64,000 nt of DNA from Camelus dromedarius (lineage: Eukaryota): NCBI RefSeq assembly GCF_036321535.1, contig NC_087436.1, positions 93,436,001 to 93,500,000 of the forward strand. The letters are read 5' to 3'. The position numbers and the translations under genes were made by a program. Within the stretch, counting starts at the first letter, position 1. Every line of letters begins with the position of its first letter. The notes under the pieces are model-generated. The model worked only from the letters and a program-made list of their open reading frames with translations, made no database searches and was not told where the DNA came from. This document shows positions 24,187 to 36,505 of the stretch, one piece after another.

Positions 24187-27100
24187 TTAGATTCCACATA
24201 TGAGCGATCTCATATGGTATTTTTCTTTCTCTTTCTGGCTTACTTCACTTAGAATGACATTCTCCAGGAGCATCCATGTTGCTGCAAATGGCATTATGTT
24301 GTCGGTTTTTATGGCTGAGTAGTATTCCATTGTATAAATATACCACCTCTTCTTTATCCAGTCACCTGTTGATGGACATTTAGGCTGTTTCCATGTCTTG
24401 GCTATTGTGAATAGTGCTGCTATGAACATTGGGGTGCAGGTGTCATCCTGAAGTAGATTTCCTTCTGGATACAAGCCCAGGAGTGGGATTCCTGGGTCAT
24501 ACGGTAAGTCTATTCCTAGTCTTTTGAGGAATCTCCACACTGTTTTCCATAGTGGCTGCACCAAACTGCATTCCCACCAGCAGTGTAGGAGGGTTCCCCT
24601 TTCTCCACAGCCTCTCCAGCATTTGTCATTTGTGGATTTTTGAATGACGGCCATTCTGACTGGTGTGAGGTGATACCTGATTGTAGTTTTGATTTGCATT
24701 TCTCTGATAATTAGTGATATTGAGCATTTTTTCATGTGCTTTTTGATCATTTGTATGTCTTCCTTGGAGAATTGCTTGTTTAGATCTTCTGCCCATTTTT
24801 GGATTGGGTTGTTTATTTTTTTCTTATTAAGTTGTATGAGCTGCTTATATATTCTGGAGATCAAGCCTTTGTCGGTTTCACTTGCAAAAATTTTCTCCCA
24901 TTCCGTAGGTTTTCTTCTTGTTTTACTTCTGGTTTCCTTTGCTGTGCAGAAGCTTGTAAGTTTCATTAGGTCCCATTTGTTTATTCTTGCTTTTATTTCT
25001 TCTAGGAGAAAATTTTTTAAATGTATGTCAGATAGTGTTTTGCCTATGTTTTCCTCTAGGAGGTTTATTGTATCTTGTCTTATGTTTAAGTCTTTAATCC
25101 ATTTTGAGTTGATTTTTGTATATGGTGTAAGGGAGTGTTCTAGCTTCATTGTTTTACATGCTGCTGTCCAGTTTTCCCAACACCATTTGCTGAAGAGACT
25201 GTCTTTATTCCAATGTATATTCTTGCCTCCTTTGTCAAAGATGAGTTGACCAAAAGTTTGTGGGTTCATTTCTGGGCTCTCTATTCTGTTCCATTGGTCT
25301 ATATGTCTGTTTTGGTACCAATACCATGCTGTCTTGATGACTGTAGCTCTATAGTATTGTCTGAAGTCTGGGAGAGTTATTCCTCCAGCCTCTTTCTTTC
25401 TCTTCATTAATGCTTTGGCAATTCTAGGTCTTTGATGGTTCCATATGAATTTTATTATGATTTTTTCTAGTTCTGTGAAATATGTCCTGGGTAACTGGAT
25501 AGGGATTGCATTAAATCTGTAGATTGCCTTGGGCAGTGTGACCATTTTAACAATATTGATTCTTCCAATCCAAGAGCATGGAATATCTTTCCATTTTTTA
25601 AAGTCTTTAATTTCCTTCATCAATGGTTTATAGTTTTCTGTGTATAATTCTTTCACCTCCTTGGTTAGATTTATTCCCAGATATTTTATTACTTTGGGTG
25701 CTATTTTAAAGGGGATTGTTTCTTTACTTTCTTCTTCTGTTGATTTATCGTTAGTGTAAAGAAATGCAACTGATTTTTGAACGTTAATTTTGTAACCTGC
25801 TACCTTGCTGAATTCTTCAATCAGCTCTAGTAGCTTTTGTGTGGACCTTTTAGGGTTTTCTATATATAGTAACATGTCATCAGCATATAATGACACTTTT
25901 ACCTATTCTTTTCCAATTTGGATCCCTTTTATTTCTTTCTCTTGCCTGACTGCGGTGGCTAGGACTTCCAGGACTATGTTGAATAGGAGTGGTGATAGTG
26001 GGCATCCTTGTCTTGTGCCAGATTTTAGTGGGAAGATTTTGAGTTTTTCACTGTTGAGTACTATGCTGGCTCTAGGTTTGTCATATATAGCTTTTATTAT
26101 GTTGAGATATGTTCCTTCTATACCCACTTTGGCGAGAGTTTTTATCATAAATGGGTGTTGAATTTTATCAAATGCTTTTTCTGCATCGATTGAGATGATC
26201 ATGTGGTTTTTGTCCTTTCTCTTGTTGATGTGATGTATTACACTGATTGATTTGCGTATGTTGAACCAGCCTTGTGTCCCTGGTATGAACCCCACTTGGT
26301 CATGATGTATAATCTTTTTTATGTGTTGTTGGATTCTATTTGCTAAAATTTTGGTGAGGATTTTGGCGTCTATGTTCATCAGTGATATTGGCCTATAATT
26401 TTCTTTTTTTGTAGTGTCTTTGCCTGGTTTTGGTATCAGGGTGATGGTGGCTTCATAGAATGAGTTTGGGAGTATTCCCTCCTTTTCAATCGTCTGGAAG
26501 AGTTTGAGAAGGACTGGTATGAGTTCTTCTTTGTATGTTTGGTAGAATTCCCCGGTGAAGCCGTCCGGTCCTGGACTTTTATTTGTAGGGAGGTTTTTAA
26601 TTGCTATTTCTATTTCCTTTCTAGTGATTGGATTGTTCAAGTGTTCAGATTCTTCTTGATTCAGTTTTGGTGGACAGTATGTTTCCAGAAACTTGTCCAT
26701 CTCCTCTAGGTTATCCAGTTTGGTTCCATATAGTTTTTCATAATATTCTCGTATGATATTCTGTATTTCTATTTTGTTTGTTGTAATTTCTCCATTTTCC
26801 TTTCTTATTTTGCTAATTTGTGCTCTCTCTTTTTTCTTCTTTGTGAGTTTGGCCAGAGGTTTGTCGATTTTATTTACTTTTTCAAAAAACCAGCTTTTGG
26901 TTTGGTTGATTTTTTCTATGGTCTTGTTAATCTCTATTGTATTTAATTCCCCTCTGATCTTTATTATTTCCTTCCTTCTGCTGCTTTTTGGGGCTTTTTG
27001 TTCTTCTTTTTCTAATTCATTCAGGTGGTGGGTTAAATTGTTTATTTGAGATTGTTCTTCTTTTTTGAGGAAGGCCTGTATCGCAATAAACTTCCCTCTT

Positions 27101-27981
27101 AGCACTGCCTTTGCTGTGTCCCATAGGTTTTGAGTGGTTGTGCTTTCATTATCATTTGTCTCAAGGTATTTTTTAATTTCAGCTTTGATTCCCTCATTGA
27201 TCCATTGTTTTTTCAATAACATATTGTTTAATCTCCATGCTTTCCTTTTTTTCTCCTTTGTTTCTCTGTTGTTGATTTCCAGTTTCATGGCATTGTGGTC
27301 AGTAAAGATGCTTGAGATAATTTCTATCTTCTTAAAATTGTTGAGGTTTCTTTTGTGCCCAAGTACATGATCGATCCTGGAAAATGTTCCATGTGCACTT
27401 GAAAAGAATGTATATCCTATTTTTGGGGGGTGTAATGCTCTGAAAATATCCAGCAAATCTAGTTTTTCTATTGTAGTATTTAATTTCTCTGTTGCCTTGT
27501 TTATTTTCTGTGTGGAAGATCTGTCTAGTGATGTTAATGCAGTGTTAAAATCTCCAACTATGATTGTATTCCCATCAATATCCCCCTTTATCTCTGTTAG
27601 TAATTCTTGTATGTACTTAGGTGCTCCTATATTGGGTGCATATATATTAACGAGTGTAATATCCTCATCTTGTATCACTCTTTTAATCATTATAAAATGT
27701 CCTTCTTTATCTTTCTTTATGGCCTTTGTTTTAAAGTCTATTTTGTCTGAAATCAGTACTGCAACACCTGCTTTTTTGGCTTTTCCATTTGCATGGAATA
27801 TCCTTTTCCATCCTTTCACCCTCAATCTATATGTGTCCTTCTCCCTAAAGTGGGTCTCTTGTATGCAGCATATTGAAGGTTCTTGCTTTATTATCCAGTC
27901 TGCCACTCTGTGTCTTTTGACTGGAGCATTTAGTCCATTAACATTTACAGTAATTAATGATAGATGTGTGTTTATTGCCAT
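24187..27981 (-). pseudogene. L1 ORF2 (endonuclease/reverse transcriptase) with one premature TAG at 25903-25905
   Basis: The 692-aa and 569-aa ORFs are in the same frame, separated by TAG GTA AAA. EN motifs NVNG, IQET, GDFN, RIDH and DHN, RT motifs QGCPLSP and YADD, and the C-terminal CWRGC...HCWWEC are all present. Confidence 0.95.
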
Positions 27982-28384
27982 TTTGAACTTATCTTTGCAG
28001 TTTAATTGGTATATCCTCTTTGTTCCTTTCTTCTTCCTTTTGTGGTTTGGTAATTTTCCTTTGTATTATCATGGATTTTATTTAATTTTTGTGACTCCTT
28101 TGTAAATTTTTGGCTTGTGGTTACCCTTTTTTGTAAACCTATCAACCCATTACTATAACTGTTTTTATTAAACTGATAGTAACATGATCTCAAACCCATC
28201 CTACTGTTAAAAAAATTTAAAAAAGAAAGAAAAAATATTCTATATTTCCCTGCCTCCCTCTCCCACTCTCAGTGATTTGTATGTCTTCTTTTATAATTTC
28301 ATGTTTACTTTATTTGTAATTCATGAGTTATCACCTTTCCAGTTGTGCGTTTCTCATTTCTGTAGCATCCTGCTGCTTTTCTAT

Positions 28385-29287
28385 TTAGAATAGCCCTTTC
28401 AATATTTCTTTTAGCATGGGCTTAGTGTTGCTAAACTCCTGCAGCTTTTTTTTGTCTGTGAAACTCTTTATTTCTCCTTCTATCCTCAAGGATAGCCTTG
28501 CTGGATAAAGGACCCTAGGCTGCATCTTTTTTTCATCCAGGGCTTTGAATATATCTTGCCACTCCCTTCTGGCCTGTAGTGTTTGTGTAGAGAAATCAGC
28601 TGAGAGCCTTATGGGGGTTCCCTTGTAACTTACTCTTTGCTTTTCTCTTGCTGCCTTTAGAATCATTTCTTTATCCTTGACTCTGGCCATCTTGATTATG
28701 ATATGTCTTGGTGTGGGTCTATTTGGGTTCTTCCTGTTTGGGACCCTCTGAGCTTCCTGTACTTGGATATCTGATTCCTTCTTTAAGTTTGGGAAGTTTT
28801 CAGTCATGATTTCTTCAAAAACCTTTTCAATCCCCTTTGATCTTTCTTCTCCTTCTGGGACCCCTATTATGTGAAGATTGGGATGCTTTATATTATCCCA
28901 TAGGTCCCTTATGCTATTTTCATTATTTTTTATTTGCTTCTCTTGTAGTTCTTCTGAATGGGTGCTTTCTATTGCCCTGTCTTCTAGATCACTAATTCGT
29001 TCCTCTGCATTATCTAGTCGGCTTTGCACAGCTATTAGATCATTCCTCATCTCTGTCAATGAGTTTAGCCATTCTACTTGGCTCTTCTTTATAGCTTCAA
29101 TTTCACTTTTGACATATTTTATATCTCTAAACACTATCTCTTTTAATTCCTTCAGCAATTCGATCACTCCTTTTTTGAAATCTTGATCTAGTAGGCTATC
29201 GATGTCTATTTCGTTGATCTTTCTTTCAGGGGATTTCTCTTGTTCTTTTAATTGGGAAAGGTTTTTCTGCTTCTTCATCTTGCTCAT
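28385..29287 (-). CDS. L1 ORF1p (300 aa, uninterrupted)
   Basis: Coiled-coil followed by RRM/CTD motifs NLHIIGVPE, ENFPNL, PRHIIIK, REKQ, ARREW and YPARLS. Confidence 0.95.
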   Translation of the reverse strand: MSKMKKQKNLSQLKEQEKSPERKINEIDIDSLLDQDFKKGVIELLKELKEIVFRDIKYVKSEIEAIKKSQVEWLNSLTEMRNDLIAVQSRLDNAEERISDLEDRAIESTHSEELQEKQIKNNENSIRDLWDNIKHPNLHIIGVPEGEERSKGIEKVFEEIMTENFPNLKKESDIQVQEAQRVPNRKNPNRPTPRHIIIKMARVKDKEMILKAAREKQRVSYKGTPIRLSADFSTQTLQARREWQDIFKALDEKKMQPRVLYPARLSLRIEGEIKSFTDKKKLQEFSNTKPMLKEILKGLF

Positions 29288-30965
29288 ACCTCTTTGGCAC
29301 TGTGGTTTATGGAGTATCAGTTGTTTATTTTGGTCCTTAAGGATTTTATCTATCTGATGCCTATTTAGGAATAGAACTTAGGAAAAAAAGAAAAAAAAAA
29401 TAAGAGAGAGAGAAAAAATTTTAAAAGAAGGGAGAAAGAGGGTTTGAAAACAGTGTATAATGAATAATAGAAGAGCGAGTTGAAGCAGAGTATTAATCAG
29501 GTTGAGACGTCCTTTTAAAACCTTTACAAAAAAGGGGGGGGGAGATGAATAGATGTATTTGAAACCTGTGTCTAATCAATAGCAGGACATCAAAACCCAA
29601 GAGAAATAGAAATGAATTAGGAAGTAAAGATTAAGAGAGTAATAGAAAATAGAACAGGTAAAAACAGATTTAAAAAAAAAGGGGGGGTGGGGTGGGTTTG
29701 TCGGTGTTCTCCTGGAGTCTGTGTGCTTTTAATGTGAAGTCTTTCTGTCTTCGTCCTGTTTTGGAAGCTCAGCTTGCTGTTTTCAGAGGCCCTCCGTTGG
29801 CGCCCTCTTCTGTGCTGCTCCCAGCACCTGTTGGCAAGCAGATCGCGCCTCCTAACACTGGGTCAGGTGCAGCTCTCCTCTGCTGTGGGTGGGTGGGTCA
29901 CTGCCCCTCCGGATGCCGCAGTCAGATGTTGCAGACTGGTCGGGTAGGAAGGCGGGTCGTGCCCCCTCCCAGCACCTCGGTCAGGGGCTGTGTTCCTGCC
30001 CGAAAGGCGGGGGGGGGGGGGGCACTCTCCCTCTACCTGCGCCGCCGGTAGTTTCGCTCTCTGTGCGGCTGCGCGCTCCGCCCTGGTCGGCGCTCTGCAG
30101 GTGGGATCGGGGAAGACCGAGGGACAGCCCTGTCCCTGCTCCGAGCCAAAACCCAGCTCCTTGTTTGTCTTTGTGGAGCAAGTTCTCTGAGGGACCAGGA
30201 TGGAAGGATCCTATCTGCCCCGGGCTACAGGCCAGTCTCAGTCTGGTCTTTGAGGCTGCTAAGCCCTTCGGTGCGGATGCAGGTTTCGCCCCCGCCCCCG
30301 CCTGAGTGCTAAGCGCGGAGGATATGGCGGCTGTGCCTGAGCCCCGCCTCTCTTCCCCCGAAAACTTTCCGCGGGTTTTCAGAGATGGGGGTGTGCACCC
30401 TTCCCCCGAGAGCACATCAACCTTGCTGTTTTATGGAGGGCCCAGGTTGTTCTGCCCTGTGCACCCACAGCCACGGCGCGCAGCCCCTTGCGTTCCCCCG
30501 GGGCTGCCTCCGTGCAGCCACTTCCGTCCTCCGCCCGGCTTGTGCAGCCTGGCCCTGCCCGTCGCTGCCGGCCCGCATCTCAGGCTGGGTGTCGGGGGGA
30601 CGCTCTGTTCCCGTTTAACTTAGTTCTGTTAGTCAAGGGCTGCTCTGTACAGATCCGAGCCTCGGAGGCTCCTCCTCCGTCCCGCTGGCCTCTCAGTTGG
30701 AGAGGGGAGACCCAGCGAGCGAGCGCCAGTCCTCCTTTGCCGCTCCCTCCCCGTGGGACCCGTCCCGCGCTGCTTTGCCTTTTGTTCTTTCTTTTTTCCT
30801 TCTCTCCTACCAGATTTTTGGCGTCTTTATCTTTTGAAGAGGGCGATGTTCTGTCGGAGTTCCACAGGTGCTCTGGTTGGCTGAGTGGGTCTGTAAATGT
30901 GGGTCTTGGTGTATTTGTGGGAGAGGGTGACCTGCGAGCGTCCTTCTACTCCGCCATCTTCTCCC
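29288..30965 (-). promoter_or_regulatory. L1 5' UTR / internal promoter, CpG-rich from about 29780 to 30965
   Basis: Many unmutated CpGs. YY1 motif AAGATGGCGG at 30951-30960 near the 5' end. Confidence 0.85.
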
Positions 30966-31029
30966 AGATGTCACAATTCTTAAAAAGAAGATTTTGAAAC
31001 TGTGCATAATCATCCCAGAACAGATGGAT

Positions 31030-31380
31030 TATCCTGGAGTGACAAACAACTCCCAAATCTCAGTGGCTTTAAATGGCAGTGGTTTCCTAGCTGCTCATAT
31101 TTCATGTCCAAAGAAGGTCAAGGGGAGGCTCTGCGCACTGTATTCCTTCAAGGATCCAGGCTGAAGGAGATACCACTTGAACAGGAGCAAAAGGTATATT
31201 GGTTCTTAAAGTTTCCACTTGGTACTGACACACATCATTTCCACTCATATTTCACTGGACAAAGCAAGCCGTATGGCCATGCTTGATTTAAAAGGAGGAT
31301 GGGAAATGCAGTTCCACCATGTTCCCAGGAAGAGGATAACTGAATATTTGTGGACAGGTCTAATGTCCATCATACCCTGA
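31030..31380 (-). mobile_element. Old MLT1 LTR fragment
   Basis: acaaacaactcccaaatctcagtggctt...tttccactcatatttcactggacaaagcaag. Confidence 0.6.
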
Positions 31381-32009
31381 GTGGCAGGTAGGTAGCTAGA
31401 AGCAAAAGCAATTCTGGCTATTGAAAACATTCCAACTTAGTACCATAGAAGAGGGACTCCAATGGCAGTTAGACTTCTGAGATGGGTAGCAGGTTTTCAA
31501 ACGTCTTTCTTCCACTTCACTATTCTCTTGCCAGATTATCTGCTCTCTGATATTTTATGTTCACTTTTCCTGTAAGAACTATGTGGTCATTTGGACAACT
31601 AGGTACTAGAAAGAAAGAAAATTTCTTCTATTTCAATATTCTTTTAAAATAACTTCCAAACAATTATAGTTGCTAGTGAGTTCTCTGATCTAGATTCTAT
31701 CTTCACTTTTGATCTCTCTCCACCCCAATCTGGGACTTTTAATTTTTTTTCAGTAACCTCTGGCCAAAGAATTGCATAGAACTCAGTTCTGCCACTCATT
31801 CATGTACATTTAGATGAATTACTTAACTTACATCTCCAAGGCTCAACTGCTTTTCCTATGGGGTCAAATAATAATTGTTCTTACCCCCTAGGGTATTCTG
31901 AGTATTAAATGAGAAGACATTTGTAAATGCTACCTAACATGGATATTAGCTAAATCTTACAAAATGCTTCTTAGATGCCAGCCCCTTAGTGATCCATGTA
32001 TTGTGACCC

Positions 32010-32180
32010 ACTTAATTTTCATAACAACTCTATGAGGTGAATATTATTATTACCTCCATTTTACAGATGAGGAAACTGAGGCACCGAGAGTTTAAGAACT
32101 TGCCCAGAGGAACATAACCAGTAAGTGGTGGGTCAGAAAGGCAACAGCAGTCAGTCTGTGCCAAAGACCATGCTCTTAAC
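32010..32180 (-). mobile_element. MIR
   Basis: Core cccattttacagatgaggaaactgaggcac-like sequence, followed by ...aacttgccc. Confidence 0.85.
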
Positions 32181-32399
32181 ATGTGTGCAGTGGAGTGCCT
32201 GGGACATAGTAAGTGCTCGGAACATTTCACTTATTTTTATTTTATTAATAGTATTATCATCATTTATTTAAAATGAAGCCCTATAGTTTTCTCATGGAAA
32301 AATTTAAAACCTCTTCTTTCATGAAAAAATGTGACATTTGATAAAAAGTTGTGAATTCTTTTAATATTATTTACACAGAAATGAAAAATAAACCCTAGG

Positions 32400-32865
32400 A
32401 GACACCATGGCATCAGTCTGTCCTGGTCTGTCCTGGTCTGTCTTGTGCCGTCTCTCTCACCCTCCCCTTATCTTGGGTCACTTGCTCTAGGGGATTCCAG
32501 CCAAATTGTGAAGACACTCAGGCTGCTCATAGGAGGAGGAACTGAGGTGTCTGGCTAACAGCCAGTTAGAAACTGAGGATTGCCTAAAATCACATGAGCA
32601 AGTGTGGGTGAAGATTTTCCCTCGTCCAGCCTTCAGATGACTGCAGTCCCAGCTAACAGCTTGACTGTAATCTCATGAGAGACCTTGAGAGACTCCAGCT
32701 AAGATGCTTCCAGATGTTTGCCCCATAGAAATGGTGAGACAATAAATGTTTGTGCTTCTCAGCTGTAAGGAGTAATTTATTATACAGCAATTCGTAACTA
32801 AAACTGATATTGGTACCTGGAAATGAGGTGCTGCTATAATAAAAACCTAAAATGTGGGAGCGGCT
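32400..32865 (+). mobile_element. MLT1 LTR plus the start of the MaLR internal region
   Basis: cagccttcagatgactgcag...aataaatgtttg...tatacagcaat is followed by ttggtacctggaaatgaggtgctgctataa. Confidence 0.65.
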
Positions 32866-32879
32866 TTTTTAAAAAATTA

Positions 32880-35480
32880 TTTTAAGTCCTTTGCCTTTCT
32901 ATATAAATTTTAAAATTTACTTTTCAACTCCTTTGCACAAGTACGCAAGGATTTTGGCTGGGATTGCATTGACTCTACAGAACAACATAGGGGCCATTGC
33001 CACCTTACTAATATTGATTCCTCCAATCCACAAACATTTAATTAGGTTTTTTTTTAAACATTTCATTTAATTAGGTTTTCTTTAAGATTTCTCAGCAATA
33101 TTTTGGAGATTTAGGTATAAAGCTTTTACACATCTTTCATTTTTATTCCTGATATTTTTATGCTATTATGTTTTTAAAATTTTCTGTCATTACTAGTAAA
33201 TAGAAATACAATGTTTTGATGCTATCTTAATTAAAACAACTGTTTTAGTTGTTCATTGCTTGTAAATAGAAATTGAGTTTTTGTGTGTGCGAGTGTTGGC
33301 CTTGTACCCTGTGACCTTTTTACATTTCCTTTTTGGTTCTGATAGGTTTATTATAGATTCAGTTGGATTATCTATATAAAACATCATGTAACATTTGCAA
33401 ATAAAGGCAGTTTTACTTCTTTCTTTCTAATCTGAATTCTTTTAACATGTTTAACACACACACACACACACACACTTGTACAACAGTATGTGTATGTGTA
33501 GTTGGATGCAATTTGCTAAAGTTTTTTTGAGATTTTACATCTACATTCTCTGTATTTCTCTTTCCTTATCAGTGTTTGTCTGGTATCAGGGTGATTCTGG
33601 CTTCAATAAAATGAGGAAATTTTTCCTCCTTTTCTATTTTATGAAAAAGTTTATTTAGAAGTTTTATTATTTCTTCTTTTAAAGTTTCATAAAATTCACT
33701 TGTGGCTTGAACTTTTCAATTTCTGTAATGTACATAGCACTCTTCAAGTTTTCTTTCCCCTCTTGGGTCACTTTTGGCAATTTTTGTTTTTTAAGGAATT
33801 TGTGCATTTCACCCAGGACATCAGATTTATTAGGATAAAGTTAATATTGTTTTATTAACGTGGTATTGGTAATTTGTAAATTTTATTTTTCCTTTATCAG
33901 TCTAACTAGAGGCTTCCCAATTTTATTGGTTTGTTTTAAGGAACCAGCATTTATTTTCATTGATTTTTTTTCTATTATTTTTTCTAGTATTTAATACTCT
34001 GTTATTTCCTTTGTACTACTTACTTTGGGCTTAATTTCCTCTTTTTTTGTTTGTTTGTTTTATTTTGTTTAGCATGAAAGTTTAGACTATTGATTTGAGT
34101 CCTTTCCTTTTAAAAAATGTATTTAATGCTATAAACATTCCTCTAAACACTTAGCTACATTCCACAAATTTTGATATTTTGTATTTGCATTCAAACAGTT
34201 TTCTAATTTTCCCTGAGATTTCTCCTTTGACTAATGGATTACTTAGGAGTGCATTGTTTAATTTTCAAGTATTTGGGGATTTTCCAGATATCATTCTATT
34301 ATTGATTTCTAGTTTAATTCTGTTATGAGCAGAGAAAAATCTTAGAATGATTTCATTTTTTTCCTGTGTACCTGAAACAATTGTGTATTCTGCTGTTGTT
34401 AGCCAGAATGTTCTATAAATGTCAATTAAGTCAAGTTGGTGGCTGGAGTATTCAGATCTTCTATATCCTTGTTGTTTTTTTAATCTGCTGTTTTATTCAC
34501 TACTGAGAGTGGAATGTTGAAGACTCCATGTATAATTTGTGTATTTGCACTTCTATCAGTTTTTGCTTTGTGTGTTTTTGACCTCTGATTTTTAGGTGCA
34601 CACACATCAAGATTGTTGTGAGTTATTGATGAATCAATCCATTTTTCATTATATAATGTCTGTCTTTAACTCTAGTAATTTTCCTTGTTCTGAAGCCTAC
34701 TTTATCTGATACAAATACAACTAGTCCAGCTTCTTTTGATGTTATGGACTGAATTATGCCCCTACTCTCCAAATTTATATGTTAAAGCAGAAACCTCTCC
34801 TACTTCAAACTGTGACTGTATTTGGAGATAGGGTCTCTATAGAGGTAATTAAAGTTAAATGGAGTCATGTGGATGGGCCCTAATCTAATGTGACTGGTGT
34901 CCTTAAAAGAAAAGGAAGAGACACTAGGCAGGTACTTGCTCAGAGGAAAGGTCATGTGAGGACCCAGGGAGAAGGAAGTGATCTGCAAGCCACAGAGAGA
35001 GACCTCACGAGAAATCAGTCCTGCCAGCACTTTGATCTTGGGCTTCCAGTCTCCAGCACGGTGAGGAAAATAAACTTCTGTTGTTTAAGTCACCCAGGCT
35101 GTTATATTTTGTTATGGCAGCCCTAGCAAAATAATAACATTTGATTGTATTTTCATCATATATTTTTCCTGATCTTTTAATTTATCTATATAATTATATT
35201 TAAATTGCTTTCTTGTAGATAGCATATAATTGAGGCTTCTATCTTTATAGCTAATCTGAGAATCATAGTCTTTTAATTAGAGGGTTTAGACTATTTACAT
35301 TTAATGTAATTATTAATATGTCTGGATAGGTCCACAATTTTACTATTTTTCTGTTTGTTTCCTATGTTTTGCTCTTTTCTTCTTCCTTTCCTGTATTCTT
35401 TTGCATTATTTAAATACTTTCAGTATTCTATTTTACCTTATGTATTGCATTTTTTAGCTATGTTTCTCTCTCTTTTAGTG
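32880..35480 (-). mobile_element. Old degraded L1 ORF2 region, interrupted by an MLT1 LTR
   Basis: T-rich + strand with L1 antisense motifs (gggattgcattga, ggaaccagc, ttccacaaattttgata, tctataaatgtcaatta). Confidence 0.7.
34740..35139 (+). mobile_element. MLT1A/B-like solo LTR
   Basis: TG...CA ends (tgttatggactgaatt ... aaataataaca) and an AATAAA. 5-bp TSD tttga at 34735-34739 and 35140-35144. Confidence 0.85.
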
Positions 35481-35949
35481 GTTGCTCTAGGGACTCTAGT
35501 GTGTTTAGACTGCTCTATTAAATGTAAGCAATCCAAATATACTGGTTAAAGGAGAGAAATCTGTTTATTTTTTTTCTTTGTGACTTTCCTTGTAAATCTG
35601 ACATTAATTTAAATGAGGCATTGCCATCTTAAACCTCATTGGAATTGAGGCTGATAATCCTAACTACACTGGATTTATACAAACATCAGTCATTTTGACA
35701 AAGGCAATGTGCTTGACTGACTTTCTTCATATCATTGACTTTTTTGAAGATCCGATCCAGTAAAAATTAACTGAGAACAATAGACTTCTGTACAGGAATT
35801 TTGTCTCAGCCAAAGTAGCAGCGGATTTAGGACAATATACAGAGTAAAGTCCTCTTACTAATACTATTCTCAAGCTTGAAAAGTTATGTGGGTTTTGATG
35901 GGCTCAGAGTTTAGTAGATGTAGAGATTATTTGTTAAATTAAAGATTTT

Positions 35950-36505
35950 TAAATAAATGGAAAAATATAATACACTTATGTGATTATTCAATAGAGCAAA
36001 AATGTCAGTTCTCCTCAAATTAATCTAATACAAATTAAAATTCTAAACATATTTATCAAAGTGATATATTTATTATAAATTTTGTAAGGAAGAGATATTG
36101 TGAGTGAAGGTCTAAGGTAGTCAATAAAGCAGAAGAAAAAATAGAGGCCCATCTACCAGATATCAAGGTATATTGCAAAGGTATATAAATGAAAATAGTG
36201 CAATATTAGCACAAGAATAGAAATATCAATTAGTGGAAGGGAATAGAGAACCTAGGAACAGGCCAGTGAGAGGTTGGTATTTGACAGAAGTGGCATTATA
36301 GACAAGAAGGACTGTTCAACACATGGCATTAAAACAGTTGGCTTTCTACTTGTAAAAGTATGCTCATATCTCATACCACATTAGAAAACAAATTAAAGAT
36401 TTAAATATAAAAACAAAATAAAATATACAAAACTTGAAATCTTCAGAAAATAATAGCGGAAAATATCTTTATGATCTAGGGATTAAAAAGTATTAATCAA
36501 GACTA
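35950..36505 (+). mobile_element. Old L1 (L1M) ORF2 fragment
   Basis: aaataaatggaaa...atgtcagttctcctcaaattaatc...ctaccagatatcaag...tatctttatgatctagg. Confidence 0.65.

Larger units (their letters stand above)
23869..30965 (-). mobile_element. Full-length young LINE-1 (7097 bp)
   Basis: Perfect 16-bp TSD agatgtcacaattctt at 23853-23868 and 30966-30981, and a poly(A) tail at the left end. The 5' end is GGGAGAAGATGGCGG (YY1 site). ORF1 and ORF2 are present, and the target reads TT/AAGA. Confidence 0.99.

Noticed and set aside
25903..25908. Programmed stop-codon readthrough in L1 ORF2
   Set aside because: L1s are not known to use readthrough here and the TAG-G context is not a leaky one. A point mutation or sequencing error is simpler.
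24689..29186. Plus-strand hydrophobic ORFs (186, 118, 202 and 102 aa)
   Set aside because: Antisense shadows of L1 ORF1/ORF2.
29692..30997. Antisense ORFs in the L1 5' UTR as an ORF0 analogue
   Set aside because: ORF0 is described for primate L1. These frames mostly have non-ATG starts in GC-rich sequence and have no supporting evidence.
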